From contig OZ024746.1 in assembly GCA_964016885.1 (NCBI GenBank), positions 97,650,001-97,714,000 on the forward strand: DNA of 64,000 bases. The letters run 5' to 3'. A program made the translations under genes and the position numbers. This stretch comes from Eledone cirrhosa (Eukaryota). The notes beneath the pieces were generated by a model, which saw only the letters and a list, made by a program, of their open reading frames with translations, searched no databases and was not told the origin of the DNA. Positions 37,861-52,340 of the stretch are shown here, in pieces (position 1 is the stretch's first letter; each line of letters starts with the position of its first letter).

Positions 37861-38900
37861 ACTAGCAGAAAAACCACCCAAAGGTAGCATGTGTATTGTG
37901 CATATTGATATTATAAACAAATATATATGCATGTAGATATGATACGTTAAATAAAATTGTAATTGACAATATCCACAGAAATTGAACGAAGTCTGTGTTA
38001 CACTCTCTTCTGTAATCAGTAAAGTAATCCATGATACACTAAAGACGATATTATATATAAACTACATTACGGTGAAATGTAATGAAAACGAAAAAGAAGA
38101 AAATTAGCGGCAGAAATATAAACCTTATATAACGATGCAGATATATGAATGTTTATATAAGTGATGTGATAAGTGTTATGATATAAGTGATGTGATAAGT
38201 GTTATGATATAACAGACACTAACCAGAAGTGTTGATATTTGAAAATTTTAAAAGAAGTGAATCTTAAAATAAGCAATCATTATATATAAGAATATTTATG
38301 TTTAATCAACGGTAGATAAATTATGTAACATTCATTCATTATTTATTCAAAGTAATCTAACTTATTTTACTAACGGGATAAAAAAATATATTCGGGACAC
38401 AGTCCTGCACTCCTCCCTTTATTATATTATGATAGGGAAAAGAAAGATAAAAACAAAATTAAGAAATGAAAAAATAAGAGAAAGGGATAAATAAGAGCAG
38501 ATATAGCTCTAGGGGAAAGTAGAGGAAAGGATTATAAATGCCTTAAATGAGAGGAAACGGAGGGAAATAGCAAGGACCCTTGGGCCTCAGAAGAAAGAGA
38601 GGGAGAGAGAAGGGGAGAAGTTGATGTGCTCTGGGTCTAGGGCATGGTTGTGGCTGGGCTGTTCTCCAATTACCCTCTCGGGAATAAATAGGAGGAGGAG
38701 GCAGCGGCAGAGGGGGGGGCAGTGATGGAGAAGGGGGTAGGAGGTGGCAGAGGATGGTGAGTGGGAGGGGGCTGAGGAGGGGATGAGGGGTAGTGAGGAG
38801 AAGAGGAGGTTGGAGGGGAGGAGGAGGGGGAGGAGAAGAAATAGCAGGAGAAGCAGGAGGTGCAGGACCAGGTCGAATATTGTATCATGTTGATTCACCT
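37861..38900 (-). mobile_element. Helitron-like repeat region with a purine/G-rich segment (right boundary uncertain)
   Basis: CTAG|T end shared with 3745; blocks shared with 3768-3998; G/A-rich 38690-38860. Confidence 0.4.
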
Positions 38901-41890
38901 TCGAAATTATGTCATAGGTATATAGGTTTCTGTGGAATACTCAACCACTTATATGCTAATTTATGAATTGGATCTTCAGTTGACTGAACAATTGAACACT
39001 CATAGTTGAAACTGGCAGAGGATTATCAGAGAATATCTTGGTAAGAAACCAAAAGAGCTGGTTGCTATCTGCAAGGTGAGAGAGAACTTTACAGACCTTG
39101 ATATGTATGAAGGATTCTTCTGTGTTTCTGATGGCCCCCTGAAACCTTCCCTGGTTTATGATACAGAACTATTTGTTTTTAGATCTTGAATACAAATGGC
39201 CAAAATGTGGTTCCTCTGAAGGTTCTTTGGAGTAACATTACTAAATAGGGTATGTAGCTCAGAGATCAGGGTGTCACTCCAGATAGAGCTGTGACTTTTC
39301 TGGATCAACAGATCACATCTCTGGTGCTATGGACTTGTGATTAGAATATTAAAGAAAAGAATCACTGGACTAATTTTAAGAGCAAAGCCAACTGGCAGGG
39401 GATCCAAATGGGGACCATGAGCAAGATGGTTGGATAACATCCATTAGCTTGGCTTGTCTCACCTGGGTGTCCAGCTGAATCATTTGGAAATGGTTGCTTC
39501 TGACATAATCCAGTGGATGTGTGCCTGAGGATTCTTCCCATCATCCAGGAATAGGTGGGTCAAGAAGAAGACATCCCATCCAAGTTGGCATTAGAAAATG
39601 ATTTCTAGTCACACTCTTCATGAATTGCATGCAGTACAACTACAAGTGGAGAACTCGAAAGTTTCAAGGATCTACATTTCTGGAAACAGCTTTTAACAGA
39701 TTTCCTTTTATTAACTTAAAAAACACCCAGTACATGCTGTAAAGTGGTCATGTTGGTGACACGACAAAAAGCACCCGGTCCACGTAAAGTGGTTGTGTTG
39801 GTGACACGACAAAAAGCATCCAGCACTCACTGTAAATTTGGTTGGTGTTAGGAAGGGCATCCAGCTGTAGAAACCAAGCCAAAATCAGCGTTGGGTGAGC
39901 GAAATACAGTCCTCTAACCGAATAGATGCTAAACGATGATGATGATGATGATGATGAGTGCATTTCAAAGTGAATTCTTCTAATCAAGATGTTAAATCCT
40001 TTTCTTTCAATGGGATTGAAAACACAAGCATCTTCCATTTTTAAAAAAGGTCAGACTCTTATCTGCCAACTATCTTCCTCTTGTCCTCATACTCAACACA
40101 TCAAAAGTGATGGAAACACTTGTATAGAATAATAATCATTTCTAGTATAGGCACGAGACCAGTAATTTGAGGGGAGGGGAAAATCGATTAAATTGAACCC
40201 AGTATGTTACTGGTGATTTATTTTATTGACCCCGTATGAATGAAAGGCAAAGTTAACCTCGGTGGGATTTGAACTCAATTCATAAAGGACCATAACTCTA
40301 TGCTGCAAATCATAAAGCATTGTCTATCTACTGATACTGCCAATTGAACTTGAGTTTTATATCGAATAATAATTGTTTCTACATTTGGCACAAGGCCAGC
40401 AATTACCCCAGTGCATTACTGGTACTTTATTTTATCGACCCCGTAAGGATGAAAGGCAAAGTTAACCTCGGCGGGATTCAAATAATAATGATATTCGACT
40501 CGATTGCAAGCAAACAGTCTCATTACACCATGTTTTTTAAATGACCATCACCATCCTCTTGTTCTAGCGGTGAGACAGAGGCAAATAATCAATTTCGTTA
40601 TCCTTTGATAACTGCTTCTCATTTCCAAGATTTATATTTTTCTCCTATACTGCTCCAACTCCAGCATCGCATGATCTAAAGGAACTTCACCGCTAAACTT
40701 TCTGAACGGGTGTCATTTACAAACAGCTTAACCAACTTACTCTGGACATGCAATCCTCTTTAGCTTAACCTACAGTCAATGTTTTCCTATAGACATTAAC
40801 CTACATAATTTAAACTGCATATGTACTGCATTGATTTCATTAGCCTTGAGATGAGCTTCAAAGCTCTTGTGTGTTGTTTTAGTGTTTTGGATTTTTTTTT
40901 TCTATTCTGATGAAATGATAACAGTTTGAACATTTGCCAAATCATTAACTTAGGATTTTATTCTTTCAAAGGATTAAATATATTTTGGTATAAAGGATTA
41001 GTTTAATTTACTGCATGGTTCTGGATATAATTAATGTCACTGAAGTAGTTGTTTCTAAATGAAATCAAGCTGAAAACATTCAAATAATTGTCTTTCTTTA
41101 ACCCTTTATCATTTACAATGGAGGCACATGGCTTAGTGGTTAGAGCATTGGGTTTGCAATCGAAAGGTTGTGAGTTCAATTCTCAGACCGGGTGATATGT
41201 TGTTTCCTTGAGTAAGACACTTTATTTCACATTGCTCCAGTTTACTCAGCTGTAGAAATGAGATGATAGGGACTGGGGTCCCTATCATTCCACTGTAAAG
41301 TGGTCGTGTAGGCGCCACAGCAAAAGAGCACCCAGCACTCACTGTAAATGAGGTTGATGTTAGGAAAGGCATCCAGCTGTAGAAATCAAGCCAGAATCAG
41401 TTCTTGTCCACCTTTGCAAGCAGGGAAAAGCGGACGTAAAATGATGATGATGATGATGATTACCCTATATTTATTATTGTATTTTCATGGTAAAGATTTT
41501 ATCTCAAATAATTATCTCACATAATATCGAATCTACAAGAGAATGCTGCACATGTTCTGTTATGTGAGTCAATTTATTAACTGATGTAAAATCTACAACA
41601 GAGAGACATTTAAACAACTCATTACTGAATAGTTATCAAACTTACAATTTGTAAGCAAAATTGACTTTGATGCAATCAGGGAAATAAATAGATAAATTGT
41701 TATGATAAAACATCCGTAATGACAATTGCATTCTCCAATACAGCTGAGTGCTTAATGGAATCAACATGAAAGATATGAGACACAAACAACTAAGATAATG
41801 AGAATGTATAAAATATAACAGATACCTTTATGAGATACAGCTTCTGGCTGATACTAACTAGGGAGATGGATGCCAAACTTGAGGAAATTT

Positions 41891-44800
41891 GATACAACTT
41901 CTGGCAGATACTAGCTAGGGTGACAGGAAGACACAACCTGAGGACAGTAGGGTACAACTTCTGGTTGATACTAGCTAGGGTGACAGGAAGACACAACTTG
42001 GGGACAGTAGGGTACAACTTCTGGTTGATACTAGCTAGGGTGACAGGAAGACACAACTTGGGGACAGTAGGGTATAACTTCTGGCAGATACTAGCTAGGG
42101 TGACAGGAAGACACAACCTGAGGACAGTAGGGTACAACTTCTGGTTGATACTAGCTAGGGTGACAGGAAGACACAACTTGGGGACAGTAGGGTACAACTT
42201 CTGGTTGATACTAGCTAGGGTGACAGGAAGACACAACTTGGGGACAGTAGGGTATAACTTCTGGCAGATACTAGCTAGGGTGACAGGAAGACACAACCTG
42301 AGGACAGTAGGGTACAACTTCTGGTTGATACTAGCTAGGGTGACAGGAAGACACAACCTGGGGACAGTAGGGTACAACTTCTGGTTGATACTAGCTAGGG
42401 TGACAGGAAGACACAACCTGAGGACAGTAGGGTATAACTTCTGGCAGATACTAGCTAGGGTGACAGGAAGACACAACCTGTGGACAGTAGGGTATAACTT
42501 CTGGTTGATACTAGGTAGGGTGACAGGAAGACACAACCTGAGGACAGTAGGGTACAACTTCTGGTTGATACTAGCTAGGGTGACAGGAAGACACAACCTG
42601 AGGACAGTAGGGTATAACTTCTGGCAGATACTAGCTAGGGTGACAGGAAGACACAACCTGTGGACAGTAGGGTACAACTTCTGGTTGATACTAGGTAGGG
42701 TGACAGGAAGACACAACCTGAGGACAGTAGGGTACAACTTCTGGTTGATACTAGCTAGGGTGACAGGAAGACACAACCTGAGGACAGTAGGGTATAACTT
42801 CTGGCAGATACTAGCTAGGGTGACAGGAAGACACAACCTGTGGACAGTAGGGTACAACTTCTGGTTGATACTAGCTAGGGTGACAGGAAGACACAACCTG
42901 AGGACAGTAGGGTATAACTTCTGGCAGATACTAGCTAGGGTGACAGGAAGACACAACCTGTGGACAGTAGGGTACAACTTCTGGTTGATACTAGGTAGGG
43001 TGACAGGAAGACACAACCTGAGGACAGTAGGGTACAACTTCTGGTTGATACTAGCTAGGGTGACAGGAAGACACAACCTGAGGACAGTAGGGTATAACTT
43101 CTGGCAGATACTAGCTAGGGTGACAGGAAGACACAACCTGTGGACAGTAGGGTACAACTTCTGGTTGATACTAGCTAGGGTGACAGGAAGACACAACCTG
43201 GGGACAGTAGGGTACAACTACTGGTTGATACTAGCTAGGGTGACAGGAAGACACAACCTGGGGACAGTAGGGTACAACTTCTGGTTGATACTAGCTAGGG
43301 TGACAGGAAGACACAACCTGGGGACAGTAGGGTACAACTACTGGTTGATACTAGCTAGGGTGACAGGAAGACACAACCTGAGGACAGTAGGGTACAACTT
43401 CTGGTTGATACTAGCTAGGGTGACAGGAAGACACAACCTGGGGACAGTAGGGTACAACTACTGGTTGATACTAGCTAGGGTGACAGGAAGACACAACCTG
43501 GGGACAGTAGGGTACAACTTCTGGTTGATACTAGCTAGGGTGACAGGAAGACACAACTTGAAGACAGTAGGGTACAACTACTGGTTGATACTAGCTAGGG
43601 TGACAGGAAGACACAACCTGGGGACAGTAGGGTACAACTTCTGGTTGATACTAGCTAGGGTGACAGGAAGACACAACTTGAAGACAGTAGGGTACAACTT
43701 CTGGTTGATGCTAGCTAGGGTGACAGGAAGACACAACCTGGGGACAGTAGGGTATAACTTCTGGTTGATACTAACTAGGGTGACAGGAAGACACAACTTG
43801 AAGACAGTAGGGTACAACTTCTGGTTGATACTAGCTAGGGTGACAGGAAGACACAACCTGAGGACAGTAGGGTACAACTTCTGGTTGATACTAGGTAGGG
43901 TGACAGGAAGACACAACCTGGGGACAGTAGGGTACAACTTCTGGTTGATACTAGCTAGGGTGACAGGAAGACACAACTTGGGGACAGTAGGGTACAACTT
44001 CTGGTTGATACTAGCTAGGGTGACAGGAAGACACAACTTGGGGACAGTAGGGTACAACTTCTGGTTGATACTAGCTAGGGTGACAGGAAGACACAACCTG
44101 AGGACAGTAGGGTACAACTTCTGGTTGATACTAGCTAGGGTGACAGGAAGACACAACCTGAGGACAGTAGGGTACAACTTCTGGTTGATACTAGCTAGGG
44201 TGACAGGAAGACACAACCTGAGGACAGTAGGGTACAACTTCTGGTTGATACTAGGTAGGGTGACAGGAAGACACAACCTGGGGACAGTAGGGTACAACTT
44301 CTGGTTGATACTAGCTAGGGTGACAGGAAGACACAACTTGGGGACAGTAGGGTACAACTTCTGGTTGATACTAGCTAGGGTGACAGGAAGACACAACTTG
44401 GGGACAGTAGGGTACAACTTCTGGTTGATACTAGCTAGGGTGACAGGAAGACACAACCTGAGGACAGTAGGGTACAACTTCTGGTTGATACTAGGTAGGG
44501 TGACAGGAAGACACAACCTGGGGACAGTAGGGTACAACTTCTGGTTGATACTAACTAGGGTGACAGGAAGACACAACTTGAAGACAGTAGGGTACAACTA
44601 CTGGTTGATACTAGCTAGGGTGACAGGAAGACACAACCTGGGGACAGTAGGGTACAACTTCTGGTTGATACTAGCTAGGGTGACAGGAAGACACAACTTG
44701 GGGACAGTAGGGTATAACTTCTGGTTGATACTAACTAGGGTGACAGGAAGACACAACTTGGGGACAGTAGGGTACAACTTCTGGTTGATACTAGCTAGGG

Positions 44801-47800
44801 TGACAGGAAGACACAACCTGAGGACAGTAGGGTACAACTTCTGGTTGATACTAGCTAGGGTGACAGGAAGACACAACTTGGGGACAGTAGGGTACAACTT
44901 CTGGTTGATACTAGCTAGGGTGACAGGAAGACACAACCTGAGGACAGTAGGGTACAACTTCTGGTTGATACTAGCTAGGGTGACAGGAAGACACAACTTG
45001 GGGACAGTAGGGTATAACTTCTGGTTGATACTAACTAGGGTGACAGGAAGACACAACTTGGGGACAGTAGGGTACAACTTCTGGTTGATACTAGCTAGGG
45101 TGACAGGAAGACACAACCTGAGGACAGTAGGGTACAACTTCTGGTTGATACTAGCTAGGGTGACAGGAAGACACAACTTGGGGACAGTAGGGTATAACTT
45201 CTGGTTGATACTAACTAGGGTGACAGGAAGACACAACTTGGGGACAGTAGGGTACAACTTCTGGTTGATACTAGCTAGGGTGACAGGAAGACACAACCTG
45301 AGGACAGTAGGGTACAACTTCTGGTTGATACTAGCTAGGGTGACAGGAAGACACAACTTGGGGACAGTAGGGTATAACTTCTGGTTGATACTAACTAGGG
45401 TGACAGGAAGACACAACTTGGGGACAGTAGGGTACAACTTCTGGTTGATACTAGCTAGGGTGACAGGAAGACACAACTTGGGGACAGTAGGGTACAACCT
45501 CTGGCAGATACTAGCTAGGGTGACAGGAAGACACAACCTGGGGACAGTAGGGTATAACTTCTGGTTGATACTAGCTAGGGTGACAGGAAGACACAACCTG
45601 AGGACAGTAGGGTACAACTTCTGGTTGATACTAGCTAGGGTGACAGGAAGACACAACCTGGGGACAGTAGGGTACAACTTCTGGTTGATACTAGGTAGGG
45701 TGACAGGAAGACACAACCTGGGGACAGTAGGGTACAACTTCTGGTTGATACTAACTAGGGTGACAGGAAGACACAACTTGAAGACAGTAGGGTACAACTA
45801 CTGGTTGATACTAGGTAGGGTGACAGGAAGACACAACCTGGGGACAGTAGGGTACAACTTCTGGTTGATACTAGCTAGGGTGACAGGAAGACACAACCTG
45901 GGGACAGTAGGGTACAACTTCTGGTTGATACTAACTAGGGTGACAGGAAGACACAACTTGAAGACAGTAGGGTACAACTACTGGTTGATACTAGGTAGGG
46001 TGACAGGAAGACACAACCTGGGGACAGTAGGGTACAACTTCTGGTTGATACTAGGTAGGGTGACAGGAAGACGCAACCTGGGGACAGTAGGGTACAACTT
46101 CTGGTTGATACTAACTAGGGTGACAGGAAGACACAACTTGAAGACAGTAGGGTACAACTACTGGTTGATACTAGGTAGGGTGACAGGAAGACACAACCTG
46201 GGGACAGTAGGGTACAACTTCTGGTTGATACTAGCTAGGGTGACAGGAAGACACAACTTGGGGACAGTAGGGTACAACTTCTGGTTGATACTAGCTAGGG
46301 TGACAGGAAGACACAACTTGGGGACAGTAGGGTAAAACTTCTGGTTGATACTAGGTAGAGTGACAGGAAGACACAACCTGGGGACAGTAGGGTACAACTT
46401 CTGGTTGATACTAACTAGGGTGACAGGAAGACACAACTTGAAGACAGTAGGGTACAACTACTGGTTGATACTAGCTAGGGTGACAGGAAGACACAACCTG
46501 GGGACAGTAGGGTATAACTTCTGGTTGATACTAGGTAGGGTGACAGGAAGACACAACCTGAAGACAGTAGGGTACAACTTCTGGTTGATGCTAGCTAGGG
46601 TGACAGGAAGACACAACCTGAGGACAGTAGGGTATAACTTCTGGTTGATACTAACTAGGGTGACAGGAAGACACAACTTGGGGACAGTAGGGTACAACTT
46701 CTGGTTGATACTAACTAGGGTGACAGGAAGACACAACCTGTGGACAGTAGGGTATAACTTCTGGTTGATACTAGCTAGGGTGACAGGAAGACACAACCTG
46801 AGGACAGTAGGGTATAACTTCTGGTTGATACTAGGTAGGGTGACAGGAAGACACAACTTGGGGACAGTAGGGTATAACTTCTGGTTGATACTAGCTAGGG
46901 TGACAGGAAGACACAACTTGGGGACAGTAGGGTACAACTTCTGGTTGATAGTAGGTAGGGTGACAGGAAGACACAACCTGAGGACAGTAGGGTATAACTT
47001 CTGGTTGATACTAGGTAGGGTGACAGGAAAACACAACTTGGGGACAGTAGGGTACAACTTCTGGTTGATACTAACTAGGGTGACAGGAAGACACAACTTG
47101 AAGACAGTAGGGTACAACTTCTGGTTGATAGTAGGTAGGGTGACAGGAAGACACAACTTGGGGACAGTAGGGTATAACTTCTGGTTGATACTAGCTAGGG
47201 TGACAGGAAGACACAACTTGGGGACAGTAGGGTACAACTTCTGGTTGATAGTAGGTAGGGTGACAGGAAGACACAACCTGAGGACAGTAGGGTATAACTT
47301 CTGGTTGATACTAGGTAGGGTGACAGGAAAACACAACTTGGGGACAGTAGGGTACAACTTCTGGTTGATACTAACTAGGGTGACAGGAAGACACAACTTG
47401 AAGACAGTAGGGTACAACTTCTGGTTGATAGTAGGTAGGGTGACAGGAAGACACAACTTGGGGACAGTAGGGTATAACTTCTGGTTGATACTAGCTAGGG
47501 TGACAGGAAGACACAACTTGGGGACAGTAGGGTACAACTTCTGGTTGATAGTAGGTAGGGTGACAGGAAGACACAACCTGAGGACAGTAGGGTATAACTT
47601 CTGGTTGATACTAGGTAGGGTGACAGGAAAACACAACTTGGGGACAGTAGGGTACAACTTCTGGTTGATACTAACTAGGGTGACAGGAAGACACAACTTG
47701 AAGACAGTAGGGTACAACTTCTGGTTGATAGTAGGTAGGGTGACAGGAAGACACAACTTGGGGACAGTAGGGTATAACTTCTGGTTGATACTAGGTAGGG

Positions 47801-48033
47801 TGACAGGAAGACACAACTTGGGGACAGTAGGGTACAACTTCTGGTTGATACTATGTAGGGTGACAGGAAGACACAACCTGAGGACAGTAGGGTATAACTT
47901 CTGGTTGATACTAACTAGGGTGACAGGAAGACACAACCTGAGGACAGTAGGGTATAACTTCTGGTTGATACTAGCTAGGGTGACAGGAAGACACAACCTG
48001 GGGACAGTAGGGTACAACTTCTGGTTGATACTA
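41891..48033. repeat. 60-bp tandem array, ~102 copies, with higher-order repeats
   Basis: Unit GGTACAACTTCTGGTTGATACTAGCTAGGGTGACAGGAAGACACAACCTGGGGACAGTAG; diverged unit at ~41832-41890. Confidence 0.97.
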
Positions 48034-49055
48034 ATTCTAATTTTCAAAATTAATAAAATCCTGTGGACTATGTATTTCATAAGGAATACAGCCATGAAAG
48101 GGTTATGAACATAAACAGCAGGAATGCAGGAAGATTTTTATGGATGAACGTACTTCCTGAATCAGACTGTACTGTTGGCATAGAAACATTATTGTTGATA
48201 TACCTAATGTTAAAAGAGATAACCTAGAAAGGATTCTCAAGCTAATAGATTTGTTTTAAAAGGTGGTCGTAAAAGTTCCAATAATTCTAGTGCAAAATAT
48301 TATAGGTTTGATAGAATTAACTTTATGTAGTGTTTTCAATGGCATATTTCATGTGAAAGAACAAACAGCTTTATCTGACATTTATCAACACATAAAAGAT
48401 CTTTTAGAGACTCACAATCTCAGATGAGCAATTAGAAAGCTATGCTGTGATGAATGAACAGGTCATGAAGACATTGTAAGCCTTATTTCGTTTTGCTTTG
48501 TTTTTTTAAGTACTGGTAGAAAGTCCATAGGTTGTGTTAGCTAACAAATAGATACCCCACATCAATCTTCTATCTTCAGTCTTGGTAAATTAATAAAATA
48601 AAAGGGAGTTGACAAAAACTGATGCTCAAATACATGCAAATTGGGACTTTAGAATACCGATTAACTGATTACATTTATTTTATAGTTGAATATTCAAGGA
48701 AAATATAAAATACTGACCCTTTGTTGTTTTTTGTTATTGCCATAGTACTTTTTGTGCCACCCTCACAACCACGCAATACCCTCAGCTCCCACCCCTATTT
48801 CCAGAGAGACCCGCCTACATGCAAATTGTAAATAATCATATAATAAATAAAATCGTTAATTTATATATAATGAAAAACATAATATATACTATGTATAAAT
48901 AGATGTTATATATTTTTTATTTTACTTCATTTATATATAATATGTATTATTTGATATTTAAGATACTATTATATCATATCTACTGCCTGTCCCTGTCCCT
49001 TAGGCCCCAGCGACCACCTGGAACTTCACAACATCCACCAGGGGAACCTTTGTCA

Positions 49056-49363
49056 TAGTACTAGCCATCTTTGAATGTTCAGGTTCTCCATAGATATTTG
49101 TAGTACTAGCCATCTTTGAATGTTCAGGTTCTCCATAGATATTTGTAGTACTAGCCATCTTTGAATGTTCAGGTTCTCCATAGATATTTGTAGTACTAGC
49201 CATCTTTGAATGTTCAGGTTCTCCATAGATATTTGTAGTACTAGCCATCTTTGAATGTTCAGGTTCTCCATAGATATTTGTAGTACTAGCCATCTTTGAA
49301 TGTTCAGGTTCTCTATAGATATTTGTAGTACTAGCCATCTTTGAATGTTCAGGTTCTCTATAG
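49056..49363. repeat. 45-bp minisatellite, ~7 copies
   Basis: Unit TAGTACTAGCCATCTTTGAATGTTCAGGTTCTCCATAGATATTTG. Confidence 0.95.
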
Positions 49364-49480
49364 ATAAGCCAAAACATTTGACTGTCATTTGTCTATTTCT
49401 TTATATAGTGTTTGAAACTATGAACTTTTAATTGACAGTATGAAATATTACATGGCCAAGATTGAAGCACAAGTTAATAG

Positions 49481-49645
49481 CAAGAACCCAAGAAGCCCCA
49501 AAACATATTTTACCTGATATACAAGCATCCAAGAACCCCCAAAACATATTTTACTTGACGTGCAGGAACCCAAGAAGCCCCAAAACATTTTACTTGATGT
49601 GCAAGAACCTAAGAAGCCTGAAAAAATATTTTACTTGATGTGCAT
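49481..49645. repeat. Degenerate ~40-bp minisatellite, ~4 copies
   Basis: CAAGAACCCAAGAAGCCCCAAAACATATTTTAC(C/T)TGAT repeated imperfectly. Confidence 0.8.
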
Positions 49646-51723
49646 GAAAGCAATACTGTGTTTGGGATGGTAAAATAAAAGTAGTGGGATCCAGGGAAGA
49701 CTGATTGAAAAATAAAATGATATGCATCAAATATCTGGAGAAGCTTCTCTTCTTTTTCTTTGCCCACTTATTCCTGAGAGGGTTATGGGGGAGAGTTCTC
49801 AAAAACTCCTTCCAGCAGATCCAGTCAGAAGCAAACTGCAACTGACCTGGCTGGATCCCCAAGTGAGACCAGCCAAGCTCATGGATGTTATCAAACCATC
49901 TTGCTTGCGGTCTACCCCTGGGTCTCCTACCAGCTGGTTTTGCCAAATATCTGGAGTAGCTAACAGCATTATTGTTACTCTTGATCAAAGTGACTTATGA
50001 TCAAAGGCATTCCAAATACAGCGATCTATTTTTTTTTCAGGGATATACATTATTCAATGTGTCCTTTCTTTGTTTAAAACTGTTGAGTGCAATTTGGGGG
50101 AGATTTATCTCTATTTCTAAAGGTTATGCAAATAAGTAAAAGTTCCCACTTTGTAGATTAATCATTTTGATTCAAAGTCACTTAAAACTGACTCTGGTTT
50201 TATCATGCACAACTGTTTTAAAGTGTTTATATTTATCTAAAAACCTTCCATCATAATTTTATGTAAGAGCCTTGTTAGTTATGTTCCAAACTAAATAATT
50301 GTTTCTACTTTTTGGCACAAGGCCAGCAATTACCCAGTGCATTACTGGTACTTTATTTTATCGACCCTGTAAGGATGAAAGTCAAAGTTAACCTCGGCGG
50401 GATTTGAACTCAGAATGGCAAGGGCCGTAACTCTATGCGTCAAAGCATGGCGTCCGACCCTCTACCAATACTGCCAATCCACCGTTCCAAACTAAATAAT
50501 ATCAAAATAAATAACATCAAAATCTCATAGATTTGATATTTTGTGATAGAATTATGTGAAATAAAGTGTTTACTGTGAAAATACGATAGTAAATATAGAG
50601 TAATGTTAACGTTTTATTTTCCATGCTTACATGGGTCAAACAGGTCATTCATGTCATGAGGCATATCTGGCCATTTGACTGTGTTATACCTTGTTTATTT
50701 AGACAATTTGTTACTTTTAAACTGATTCGAGTGGTCAATTTAGAGATTATCTTTGTGATAGAATGATATGTTGCTGACAAGGCACTAGGTGGAACGGATG
50801 ACCGGTTACTAACTGTTCCACTCAGTTGGGTATGCATATAAGGTGATGATAGGTTTATATATTTCAAACTACAAAAGTAAGGGTTGAAGGATGAAAAAGA
50901 AAAAAAACATAGTGGGGGTAGGAAACAATGATATTTAGAAACAATATGGCATCTACTTCTACTACTTTTCCTTTTCCTCCCCCTCCTTTTCCTTCTCTTC
51001 CTCCTCCCCTTCAGGTATTCTAAAGACAATCTAGATGTTAAACTGTCAATGGTGATAAAACAGAATCATAATTGTCATCACCCTCTAACATCCATTTCCA
51101 TGTTAGCATGGGTTAGATGGGATGTCATATTCTGAGATCTGACAGGTCAGGTGACCCCATGTCTTGCTCATACAATCTGTTTTGAGCTTTCGTTTCTACA
51201 GCAAGAAACCCTTCCTAATGCCAAAAACTTTAAATCATAGGCTGAGTTCTTTTGTTATGGAATACAGATGCTAAATTATTCATGGTGAGAAAAGGACTAT
51301 ACTTGTTAACCATTTAGCATTTACATTACTCTATATTTACTGTTGTATTTTCATGGTAGACACATTATCTCTCATAATTATCCCACATAATACCGAATCT
51401 ATGAGATTTATTATTTATTTTGAGAACACTACCTTAACACAAGTATGAGCAGCCAGTTACAGCCGGTTTGAACAGAAAGAGGTGAGAGAATTCTGACCAG
51501 ATATGGCCAGTTTAAATGCTAAAGGGTTAAACTGTTTATGGTGAGAAAGGGAATCATCATCACCATTTAACGTCCATTTTCCATGCTTGCATGGGTCAGA
51601 CACGTTGTCCGGATCGAGAGACAAATCTGGCCAGATTTAGCCATGCCAGATTTCTACAGCTGGATGCCCTTCCTAACACCAACCACATTTACAGTGTGGA
51701 ACTGGATGGCTCCATCATGAGGA

Positions 51724-52340
51724 GGGACAGGTCAGTTGGCCATGCAAAACCTTTCACGCAGCAGAACCACAGTTTGGGATCCTGGAACTGCTATGAGGGG
51801 TGGGGGACAGGCCAGTTGGCAGGGCTGAACCACTCTCACAGCAGAACCACAATTTGGGATCCTGGAACTGCTATGAGGGGTGGGGGACAGGCCAGTTGGC
51901 AGGGCTGAACCACTCTCACAGCAGAACCACAATTTGGGATCCTGGAACTGCTGTGAGGGGTGGGGGACAGGCCAGTTGGCAGGGCTGAACCACTCTCACA
52001 GCAGAACCACAATTTGGGATCCTGGAACTGCTGTGAGGGGTGGGGGACAGGCCAGTTGGCAGGGCTGAACCACTCTCACAGCAGAACCACAATTTGGGAT
52101 CCTGGAACTGCTATGAGGGGTGGGGGACAGGCCAGTTGGCAGGGCTGAACCACTCTCACAGCAGAACCACAATTTGGGATCCTGGAACTGTTGTGAGGGG
52201 TGGGGGACAGGCCAGTTGGTAGGGCTGAACCACTCTCACAGCAGAACCACAATTTGGGATCCTGGAACTGCTGTGAGGGGTGGGGGACAGGCCAGTTGGC
52301 AGGGCTGAACCACTCTCACAGCAGAACCACAGTTTGGGTC
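51724..52340. repeat. 80-bp GC-rich tandem array, ~7.5 copies
   Basis: Unit CCTGGAACTGCT(A/G)TGAGGGGTGGGGGACAGGCCAGTTGGCAGGGCTGAACCACTCTCACAGCAGAACCACAATTTGGGAT. Confidence 0.95.

Noticed and set aside
40900-40940. CTGATGA as a hammerhead core (also CTGAAGA at ~2866 minus and ~26490)
   Set aside because: No properly placed GAAA, stem II or stem I pairing
41790-48108. ORFs of 339-1471 aa on both strands
   Set aside because: Translations of a 60-bp tandem array; no unique domain and no clear start or splice context; open on both strands
22081-52340. Tandem arrays as CRISPR arrays
   Set aside because: No unique spacers, no cas genes, eukaryotic context
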